A DNA stretch of 64,000 nt from a virus. The notes beneath the pieces are model-generated. The model worked only from the letters and a program-made list of their open reading frames with translations, was not told the DNA's origin and made no database searches. A program made the translations under genes and the position numbers. This document shows positions 54,601-62,086 of the stretch, one piece after another (the stretch's first letter is position 1; the number at the start of each line of letters is the position of its first letter). Location of the stretch: the IMG/VR virus record IMGVR_UViG_3300028581_000020, positions 1 to 64,000 of that record; one strand, written 5' to 3'.

Positions 54601-56592
54601 GGTATGAAAATCGCTGGAGGTTGCTATTGTAATTTTTGGCGGCCTTCCAGCATTATACTCGTCTATTAAATCTTGAACGCCCAAAAGTTTAAATTGTCTT
54701 CTTTGGCGAGTTTGTGTATTCGCATAAAAAACAGAGGTCTTATAAAGCGAAACATCTCCGGCCTCGGGAGGAACATCGTTTGCTTGAACAATTCCTTCAC
54801 CAGTGGTTTCGTTTGTATAAAGATTTGCTCCGAGGAAAATGTCAGGAGTGATATCCTGAACAGTTAGAGTTCCATCGGCGAGTTCTGTGTCGGTAGGAAA
54901 TCCCTCAAATACAAGCTGAAGTTCATCAGAAGGAACCAGGTCATCAAGAACATCTGTTCCGACCGCAGTTACCTGTGCTGAACGATATACTTGATAAAAG
55001 TTATTGGTTGTTGCACTTTCAGGAATAGTAATTTCGAGGTACGACGTTACTGTCGTTGTAATCGCCAAGTCATCGACAAATTCTTGTCCAAGTTCGTCAT
55101 TAAATACAATGGTTTTGCTAATAAAGGCATCTGCATCTGGAGGACCTGAACCTGAATAGGTACTAGCAAATTGTAGGGTGGTTGACGTAACGTTTGTAAT
55201 TGTTTTGTATCCGTCAATACTAGCACTAATAAACCCAGAAAGATAAATCTGTTGTCCAATTTGTACATAGTCTCTTGGGTCGCCAACAGAAAATGTTACG
55301 GTGTAAGTAGACCCATCACCAGAACATGAGGCCGAGTCGATATTGAGAAGTCCGGTGCCCCCCGCGTCATTTGCAAGTAACGACTCGCGTGTAACGTTTT
55401 GAAGGGCCGTGATAATGGACTCCAAATAAGTCTGTAGGTCTTGAAGTTGTGTGTGGGTCGTGGGAGTTGACGGAGCGGAAGGAACTGTAATATTACGGAA
55501 AGTTCCACTAGTAACTGTTGCCGAAGAGCTTGCAGTTACAGTGCCAGTGGCATCTGTGGTAAAACTTAGGGTATTTGCTGTGGGATCAATTGCTGTAATA
55601 GTTCTTAGGCCGTTGAGTGTTCCCGACGTTCCAGCCGTAAATCCGGATAGATAAATAACTTGGCCAATATCGAAATATTGTTTAACATTGCCTCCGTCAT
55701 TTCCTCCAGTAGCAAAGGATACGGTACACGTTGTTCCAGAAATAACGGCAGGAGTTGCTGCTAATTCTAAAGGAATAGCTGCTGAAATTGCTCCGTCATT
55801 ATCTGCATATAAAATATCGTTGTCAAGTTTCGCTGTAAGGCCTAATAAATTTGTATATAAATCGTTAGCATCTGAAGAATCCGTCAAGTTATAAATAGCT
55901 TGATAGTTTCCATCAGTAATCATGCTTCCGAATTGATCCAATTGATCGAGTCTAAGAAGTAGATTATTAAAGTCCCTGGCAATAAGCTGCAACATTGGAT
56001 TGTATAAAATGGTCTGTTCGGAAGGCGTTCCTAAAATTAGGTTATTGTTTAGGTCTCTTGAGGCCCAAACAACACGGTATGCAACAACCGAGTCTTGCTG
56101 AAACCAGGAGGTCTGGTCTCCTAATATAACTCCTAAACGAGCGGCAACATCCAAAGCTTTAATACCACCAGCATCGGTAATATAGCCAGCATTTGCGGTA
56201 AGATCTGTGGCTGTTTTTGCTGAGATCTTTTTAATACCAGCAGACGTTGTAAAATATAAATTCCCATTACTAGCAACAAATTTAATACGAAGACCTGGAC
56301 TAGTTTCTTCATACGAACCGGAAAAATCTGTAAAATTCCCAGATCCATCATCAAAAGCTAGAGTATTGTCATAATGTAGGATAATACGGTCACGATAAGC
56401 TCTTAGTTGATTAGCTCTTTGTTGAATAGAACCAAATGCAGAACCATACAACTTAAAGCCACGACGAGATTCAATGACATTATCACGACGGATAATGACG
56501 TTCTCAGCCTTAACAAGACTTCCTGATGGAAGGTCAATATTATTAGGCGAATAGTTCAAACCTAGGGCTTTTAAATTAACCTGACTAGGCAT
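51613..56592 (-). CDS. Large tail nozzle/stabilisation-like protein with inserted repeated beta domains
   Basis: AENVIIRRDNVIESRRGF start and PNRIFYSKPGQPEAVP propeller motif. Confidence 0.6.
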   Translation of the reverse strand: MPSQVNLKALGLNYSPNNIDLPSGSLVKAENVIIRRDNVIESRRGFKLYGSAFGSIQQRANQLRAYRDRIILHYDNTLAFDDGSGNFTDFSGSYEETSPGLRIKFVASNGNLYFTTSAGIKKISAKTATDLTANAGYITDAGGIKALDVAARLGVILGDQTSWFQQDSVVAYRVVWASRDLNNNLILGTPSEQTILYNPMLQLIARDFNNLLLRLDQLDQFGSMITDGNYQAIYNLTDSSDANDLYTNLLGLTAKLDNDILYADNDGAISAAIPLELAATPAVISGTTCTVSFATGGNDGGNVKQYFDIGQVIYLSGFTAGTSGTLNGLRTITAIDPTANTLSFTTDATGTVTASSSATVTSGTFRNITVPSAPSTPTTHTQLQDLQTYLESIITALQNVTRESLLANDAGGTGLLNIDSASCSGDGSTYTVTFSVGDPRDYVQIGQQIYLSGFISASIDGYKTITNVTSTTLQFASTYSGSGPPDADAFISKTIVFNDELGQEFVDDLAITTTVTSYLEITIPESATTNNFYQVYRSAQVTAVGTDVLDDLVPSDELQLVFEGFPTDTELADGTLTVQDITPDIFLGANLYTNETTGEGIVQANDVPPEAGDVSLYKTSVFYANTQTRQRRQFKLLGVQDLIDEYNAGRPPKITIATSSDFHTYEFVTGREEETSLVCAAGSTALLASSYFNINSGNNENLYYFWFRVDNAGTDPALSGRTGLAIDVLSSDTSSQVAEKVKNCINTLLYDFNAEISSISTSTVLITTLEDGYVDDVVSTLPAGFTFTVTQQGRGEKVTQEVSVVTCVAGSAYAAAGTADYFSVFTPFGKQQYYVWFDRGSATDPNVFGLSGISIDTTGSETADQMAIKIQTALTDTGYFNVSVNTNQLTITSVDYGPTSPTTENVTSGGFTVSTSQEGELQVLLSTITSVGQAVENTAKSFVRVMNKNKGEVTYGYYLPGIDTNPGIMLLEGRDLPVPEFYILANNSTVAESFDPIVAPSVQISNIAAPELQATVTTSTPHGLNNLDKVLITNTDSTPSIDGIRVVTVINSTSFTVPVSTTANGTMGALIPLPSAEVSENEARPNRIFYSKPGQPEAVPLVNYFDVGPLENQILRIFPLRNSLFIFTEDGLYRVSGETGQYILEPFDLSCILIAPDSVDSSNNTIYAWTKKGIVTVTEASVDTRSRAIDTQILKLASSSYTNFATATWGIGYESDDSYLVWTVSNTNDTTATQCFRYSTLTQTWTTYEKQNTCGIVNPVDDRLVIGAGDVNQIEQERKDFTRTDYADRQYSLLLSSSGYPAPNTLEFSSVSDIEVGDVIEQSQTLSVFRFNSLLEKLDIDPSVPSDDYYSTLFAVSGDDMRSKMEALATKLDSEITESPTFSSLIASKTGTITGISVANPTVVTDSAHGLVSGRVITIASTDSFPVINGSREVTVLTANTFTVPVDVTTPGTTGTWSTQVESFQDIMACYNAMIDAMNTSTNFTFTNYSQIEYDTSFEAVVTAVNRNIKKVTLNVSPQFIVGEMTVFKSIPCSVTYAPETMGDPLGWKHLMEATIMFANRAFTKGKMGFSSDLIPLTTYVEFNSSGNGIFGTGTGPFGEGYFGGASNSSPFRTYVPRNYMRCRYINLSFLHSVAREEWSVYGVTISGNVGISTRAYRN

Positions 56593-56595
56593 TAT

Positions 56596-57069
56596 TTATT
56601 CCTTTTTTAAAGCTTTTAAACGGCCTTTAGCGCCCTTTAAGATATCATCATATTCATCAGCAACGGCTCGCCCTTTTATTAGCTGTGGGCTATCTAATGC
56701 CTCTAGGGACTTTTCTACGGCCCTACGAGCCAAAGGAGCGGGCTCTGGTTTAATCTGGATATTATCTAGGGCGTTTCCGGCCTGTTCTATAAATTCCTGA
56801 CCAGAAGCCGGAACCTTAGCACCTAAACCACGAAGGTAGTCTAAAAATTCCTTTTTTTCTATTAGGGGAAGGAGCTTCTTCTGAACAGCATGTTCTAGAC
56901 TTTCTTCAATGACTGTCGGTCTGATAGGACCGATACTTCCGACAGCAGAAGCTCCGGATTCTGCTAGTTCCCGAACCCTTTCAGGATCGTTGACATAAGG
57001 ACGTGATAAGTCGTCAATTCCCTTTTGGGATTCGGCAATTTTTTGTTTGAGACGTTCTAAAAGACCCAT
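56596..57069 (-). CDS. Hypothetical virion-module protein
   Basis: N-terminus resembles that of 46544-48229. Confidence 0.6.
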   Translation of the reverse strand: MGLLERLKQKIAESQKGIDDLSRPYVNDPERVRELAESGASAVGSIGPIRPTVIEESLEHAVQKKLLPLIEKKEFLDYLRGLGAKVPASGQEFIEQAGNALDNIQIKPEPAPLARRAVEKSLEALDSPQLIKGRAVADEYDDILKGAKGRLKALKKE

Positions 57070-58325
57070 TATGAATTCCTACGCCACCCGTTCCATTTAC
57101 CGTAACGTAAAATACTGTGTGTATTATTAACTTTTTTTGCAGCGCCTTCTACTCGATTAGATATCATCTTATTTTCAGCGCTAATAATGTCTTGAATCTT
57201 AGCATTTGTAACTTGTAGTCCGGCTTGATCGCCAATTGCTGCTAATACTCTAGCGGAGCTTCTTTCTGCCAGCCCGTTATGAAGATCCGATGGGATTTGC
57301 GGGATAATACATTCTCCGGCTGTGCAAATATAATCACCAATTTCAAAATTATCGGGAACTACCCCACTAGAAAATGTAATTTGATTGCCAGAAATTGCAC
57401 TATTTGATAGTAGAATGTCAAATTTATATGTTTTATGCGCTCCGGGGGTTTGTAGAAAGTCGATTTTTGTATTATTCGCGATATTATCGGGAATACTGTC
57501 AAACTGAACCACTTGTAATGGACTGATAATAATAGCATCCTCGTTTACAGTAGAGAAATCTGTTGTCACAATCGAGTACGAGACAGTTACGGTGGCAGTT
57601 GAGGGAGTTCCATTTGATGCTGAATATTCTCCGTTGGAATTTATAGCGTTCACTAGATTGGTAGCTGTCAAAATTGAAGATGCGCCAATTAAAAACTCGT
57701 TACTTAAAGGAGATCCTGTTACGGCGGTAAACTGCTGTTCTCCGATAGTTAAAACGTCGCCATCGGCAATCGAAGCATTGTCAATTTCGATATTTTTTAG
57801 GAATGCCGTGGCCGTTGCTGCTCTATTAATTGGAACCAACTGGTTTGGACGCATGAAATAGTACATAACAAGCGAGCCCGTTGGAGACTGATTTGCTCCA
57901 GGGGTAATCACAATGTCAGACCCTTCCAAATAAAATCCCTGAATTACGTCTGGATTCGCTGCATTTTGCTGGAAGAAAGCCTTTTGACCTGCGTCAATTT
58001 GCGTCATTTCATACAAATTACCGTAGTCTTGACCGGGAATAATTTGGTTATCAGCATAAAACACGTCACGAAGTTTATCACCAATAGCACGCTTAGGAAT
58101 AGCATAGCGAGACTTATTAGATTGTAACGGGACAACAACGTACGATACAAAATATTCTTCGTGGTGCTCAAGAATAGCGGGAACTTGTCCGATCATCATC
58201 TCCTCGTTAGCAAAATCGAGCAAATCCTGTTCGGAAAAGGTCGCAGAAGCTATTGGAAACGAGATCTTACGTTTTAGGGCAGCAATAAGCTGCGTGCTAT
58301 TCATCCAAGACGTTGCATTTGCCAT
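57069..58325 (-). CDS. Head-tail adaptor-like protein with inserted domain
   Basis: FSEQDLLDFANEE, RYAIP, PQIPSDLH. Confidence 0.6.
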   Translation of the reverse strand: MANATSWMNSTQLIAALKRKISFPIASATFSEQDLLDFANEEMMIGQVPAILEHHEEYFVSYVVVPLQSNKSRYAIPKRAIGDKLRDVFYADNQIIPGQDYGNLYEMTQIDAGQKAFFQQNAANPDVIQGFYLEGSDIVITPGANQSPTGSLVMYYFMRPNQLVPINRAATATAFLKNIEIDNASIADGDVLTIGEQQFTAVTGSPLSNEFLIGASSILTATNLVNAINSNGEYSASNGTPSTATVTVSYSIVTTDFSTVNEDAIIISPLQVVQFDSIPDNIANNTKIDFLQTPGAHKTYKFDILLSNSAISGNQITFSSGVVPDNFEIGDYICTAGECIIPQIPSDLHNGLAERSSARVLAAIGDQAGLQVTNAKIQDIISAENKMISNRVEGAAKKVNNTHSILRYGKWNGWRRNS

Positions 58326-58334
58326 GGAAACTCC

Positions 58335-58715
58335 TTAGGCTTTCTTTGCTTTTAGAGCCTCTTTTTTGGCTTGAAGTGAAGCGAGAAGTTCATCAATTTG
58401 CTCTTCTGACATTTCTTCACCTTCCATGTCATTTTCCGGCTCACGATCTTCGCCGTCATCGGCAATCTCACCAAAACCACCCGCCTGACCTTCAACAATC
58501 TCTTCGGCTTTTTCTAGACCAGACTTCAGCCCCTCGGGAGAGTCGGCGGCAACCGAAACTTTCTTAAGGCCCTGAAGAGGTTCTTTCATAGCACCCATAG
58601 CTTCAGAACGAAGGCTGCTAAGAACAGACTTTTTGGCATCCTTTTCCATAGGGTCCATTTCACAGTCTTTGCCACCTTTAAGCGACTTTAGCTTTTTTAA
58701 CATTTCCATTTTCAT
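58335..58715 (-). CDS. Charged hypothetical protein
   Basis: ORF only. Confidence 0.65.
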   Translation of the reverse strand: MKMEMLKKLKSLKGGKDCEMDPMEKDAKKSVLSSLRSEAMGAMKEPLQGLKKVSVAADSPEGLKSGLEKAEEIVEGQAGGFGEIADDGEDREPENDMEGEEMSEEQIDELLASLQAKKEALKAKKA

Positions 58716-58724
58716 ATTAATTCC

Positions 58725-58961
58725 TTACTTAAGGTTTAGTGATGCAGAGCCCGAGCCTGCGCCAGAAGCCGCGATTGCTTGCGTAGTAGTGCGCGTAGCA
58801 ATTTCGATCTGAGCGGGAGCACCGGCAGTAATCTGAAGAAGAAGGTTTAGGACTTGCTGGACTACTTCATGGGGTTTGGTGCTGTCTAGTTGTAGTTGCT
58901 GCGTCACTTGTCCGCAGTCTAGGGCTTGAGTCTCGATACGAATCATTACATAACCGGCCAT
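58725..58961 (-). CDS. Hypothetical protein
   Basis: GGAG SD. Confidence 0.65.
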   Translation of the reverse strand: MAGYVMIRIETQALDCGQVTQQLQLDSTKPHEVVQQVLNLLLQITAGAPAQIEIATRTTTQAIAASGAGSGSASLNLK

Positions 58962-58970
58962 AATATCTCC

Positions 58971-59420
58971 TTATTTTAGAGCTAACAAAATCAACGTCAG
59001 AACAATTCCAACGCTGTTAATAATATATAGTAAGTTCATGTTTTTATGTTCTGTTATCGTCTTTTCAATAATAACAGGCTTCTCAATGACTTGGTATTCC
59101 GTGATATATTTAGGAATCTCTACGATCTGCACTTCTTTGACAATAACCGGAACTTCGATTTTCTCGATTTGAACTTCTTTAACGACAATAGTTTTTTCAA
59201 CTTCAAAGGGCTCTTTGACAATCTCAGGAATCTTAATTTCTTGTATTTCTTTGACAATGACAGGAACCTCGATCTTCTCAATCTTAATTTCTTGTGGGGC
59301 AGTTTTGATTTGCGACGAAATCACAGGCATTTCGCCGTTCACAATAAGAACTCTGGTTGCATTCATGTTCTCGTCATGCGTATCGCGGATAATTTGGTTT
59401 GAGTCTTTAAGAGTTAGCAT
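58971..59420 (-). CDS. VPV/EK-repeat protein with C-terminal TM
   Basis: IEKIEVPVIVKE occurs twice, plus variants. Confidence 0.7.
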   Translation of the reverse strand: MLTLKDSNQIIRDTHDENMNATRVLIVNGEMPVISSQIKTAPQEIKIEKIEVPVIVKEIQEIKIPEIVKEPFEVEKTIVVKEVQIEKIEVPVIVKEVQIVEIPKYITEYQVIEKPVIIEKTITEHKNMNLLYIINSVGIVLTLILLALK

Positions 59421-60970
59421 TATACCGCCGTCGTGATCGCTCTAAATTTCATTGTTAATGCTGAGAATCCCGAATAGTTAGCCGAGGTATACTGAATTTG
59501 TCCGGCGTCCGTAATAGTAAAAACGACAGAAGAGGCGTCGCCCACGGAAGTAATCCCCAATACCCAATCGGCCCCTCTTTGAATACCATTCAGTCTAAAT
59601 TGCTCGAATAAATCACTAGTAGCATCCACAGAAACACTCACCAAAGCTTCAAAACTACGAACAGACGCATTTGAAAACGCAAGACCAGTAACGTTTGCTG
59701 GTGAAGATTGGTTGTTTGCTCCAGAAAATGAGGTTTGGTTAATATCGCCAGTTGAGGCGGTCGGAACTGAAGCCCACGAAAGAGTTCCCGACCCATTAGT
59801 TGATAATACCTGACCAGTTGTTCCACTACTATCAGGGAAAAGAAGGGTCCTATTTGCTGTCAGTGTTTGTGGAATTGAAAAATCGTAACTAAAACCTGAT
59901 CCGTCTGCGTCTCTCATTGAGAGTGTATTGGCGGTTTGGTTCATTTTGAGTGTGGCGGAAAGTCTTGTTCCAGAAAGCCCAGAACCGGAAGCTCCACCAG
60001 TTGGGGAAACGTATAGGTTAATAGCACTTCCGTTTGATCCACGACCAGAAGAGGCCGTAATATTGATATTACCGCCGTTAAGATCTGATCCGGTTCCAGC
60101 AGCACTGGAAGAAATAGATATTGCGCGACCAGGAACTCCAGCACTGGGAGTCGTCACCGAAATTGCGGGACTTGTATTGTCAAAATTAAGGTTTGTGTTG
60201 ATAGCTACAGACGCTAAATTAGATAGCGCAGTATTTGCTCCAGAGCCAGAAGGCGTTGTCCAAGTGCCATCAGCACGTAAGAAATTAGACGTTCCACCAC
60301 CAGATGCGGGAGCAAGACCCTTTAAGGAAGTGGTAAAGTTATCTAGGAGTGCAGTTACCTGTGTTCCGGTAAGGTCTGATGGGGACGTTGAGCCGCCTGT
60401 AGCGTTACCTTTAATAGTGGTGGCCGCCATGTTTGCAAGTTTTGCGTTAGAAACTGCGTTATTTGCAATAGTTGCTGCAGCAGATCCCGGACCAGAGGCG
60501 GTTACATCGCCAGTAAGGTCGGTAATATAATTACCAGTGGACTGCTTGCCGTTTAATTGTGTTTGAATATCAGAAGTTACTCCTGATAGGTATTGAAATT
60601 CTGAGCTTGTTACAGAACCATCTGCGATTTTAGTTGCATCAATTCCAGAAGAAAGAGTTGTTGCCCCGGTATTACTAATGGTAACAGCTCCGGACATGGA
60701 AACCGCTGTGGCTAAATTTGAAGAATTACCAACAAAAATTTGGCCGTCTGTCAAAGAATATCCGCTGTCGGTGTTTACCCAAGCGCTACCATTCCATACC
60801 CAAATTCGACCAGTATCAATGGCAACGCGAGCATCACCAGTAGTATTTCCAGAGGAAGGCAAAGCCGCCTGATTAGCGACAGCAGATTGCCAGGTGATTG
60901 CGCCACCACCTCCACCACCACCTACGAGGTCGAACTGGCCTGTTAGGCAATTGTATCGGTAACCGGCCAT
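59420..60970 (-). CDS. Tail fibre-like protein
   Basis: S/T/G-rich; LTGDVTASG, FLRADGTW, GQVLSTNGSGTLSW fibre modules. Confidence 0.75.
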   Translation of the reverse strand: MAGYRYNCLTGQFDLVGGGGGGGAITWQSAVANQAALPSSGNTTGDARVAIDTGRIWVWNGSAWVNTDSGYSLTDGQIFVGNSSNLATAVSMSGAVTISNTGATTLSSGIDATKIADGSVTSSEFQYLSGVTSDIQTQLNGKQSTGNYITDLTGDVTASGPGSAAATIANNAVSNAKLANMAATTIKGNATGGSTSPSDLTGTQVTALLDNFTTSLKGLAPASGGGTSNFLRADGTWTTPSGSGANTALSNLASVAINTNLNFDNTSPAISVTTPSAGVPGRAISISSSAAGTGSDLNGGNINITASSGRGSNGSAINLYVSPTGGASGSGLSGTRLSATLKMNQTANTLSMRDADGSGFSYDFSIPQTLTANRTLLFPDSSGTTGQVLSTNGSGTLSWASVPTASTGDINQTSFSGANNQSSPANVTGLAFSNASVRSFEALVSVSVDATSDLFEQFRLNGIQRGADWVLGITSVGDASSVVFTITDAGQIQYTSANYSGFSALTMKFRAITTAV

Positions 60971-60971
60971 T

Positions 60972-61607
60972 TTATTTCTTCCTCATTGCTTTATGGGCAT
61001 AATTATCGGTCTGTTTATGACAAACATGACATAACGTTCTACAGTTCGAAGCCTCAAAACGAAGTTCTGGGTAATTGCACCACTCTTTAATGTGGTCCAT
61101 TTCTAACGATTTTCCTTTTTTGCTACATATTTGGCAAGAATAATTGTCACGTTTAAGAACTAGAATTCGTAACTCTCGGTATTCAATACTAGAACGAAGT
61201 CTTTGTGATTCAGAGGTTTTTCCGCCATCCCAACGATTTGAAAGCGGTCCTCGTTTACCTAATTTAGCGGCTCTCTGTTTTTGTCTTCCGGCTTCGGTGC
61301 TTAATGACTCAGGATTAAATAGCGCACGATATAATACTGGCTTATTCGATCTTTTACTTCCCCTTCGTGTTTCTGAAGCTTTTCTTTTAGCTTCGGGACA
61401 AGAATGGCCAATCTTAAGACCCTCTAAGTTGAAATTAATTTCCCCGGCAGCAATCTGACACTTCTTACACTTATCCTTAGTGTTTCCCTTTTCAATATTC
61501 CATTTTTGAGCATAAGAAACAATTCTTTCATGCTGACAATCTGGGCAAACGCAAATCCATTTGGTTTCACGCCGCGTAACGTCGGGATTGATTGGAACTA
61601 GCATCAT
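60972..61607 (-). CDS. HNH homing endonuclease
   Basis: RDNYSCQIC...DHIK...NCRTLCHVCH. Confidence 0.85.
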   Translation of the reverse strand: MMLVPINPDVTRRETKWICVCPDCQHERIVSYAQKWNIEKGNTKDKCKKCQIAAGEINFNLEGLKIGHSCPEAKRKASETRRGSKRSNKPVLYRALFNPESLSTEAGRQKQRAAKLGKRGPLSNRWDGGKTSESQRLRSSIEYRELRILVLKRDNYSCQICSKKGKSLEMDHIKEWCNYPELRFEASNCRTLCHVCHKQTDNYAHKAMRKK

Positions 61608-61611
61608 ATAA

Positions 61612-61881
61612 TTAACTAATCCGTTCGGCTGAAACTAAAACGTCACGATTTCCATTCGTATAAATAATTCTGAGCGAGTACAGAGCAATTCCGTTCTCAG
61701 AAAATGCATAGGTTTCTGTGTCATTAGAAACCGTTGTGGTGCTAATGGTCATCTCAACTTTATTACCAATAAGACCAACAAGAAACCCATTGGTAGAGAT
61801 TGTCTTATCTACGTCATTAAATACAGAACGAATAGCTTGTGCCATGTCTTTATCGGACATTGGCTTTGTGGTGTTTGCCAT
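61612..61881 (-). CDS. Hypothetical virion-module protein
   Basis: ORF and context. Confidence 0.6.
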   Translation of the reverse strand: MANTTKPMSDKDMAQAIRSVFNDVDKTISTNGFLVGLIGNKVEMTISTTTVSNDTETYAFSENGIALYSLRIIYTNGNRDVLVSAERIS

Positions 61882-62084
61882 TAGTCACCCTTCATGTGTT
61901 TTTTAATCTTGGACCATTTACCTTTAGACTCGGGAAGCTTTTTATAGGCTTTCTTCCCTTTATTATCGGATGTGAATTCTTTGGCCTTTTCTGGCGAAAG
62001 ACTTTTAGGAGCGTCAAACATATTCTCTTTATTATTTTGGACAGCTTTCATAAAGCGAAATTGACGTTTTGAGACGCTAGGCAT
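61881..62084 (-). CDS. Small basic protein (MPSVSKRQFRFM)
   Basis: Lys-rich, coupled. Confidence 0.65.
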   Translation of the reverse strand: MPSVSKRQFRFMKAVQNNKENMFDAPKSLSPEKAKEFTSDNKGKKAYKKLPESKGKWSKIKKHMKGD

Positions 62085-62086
62085 AA

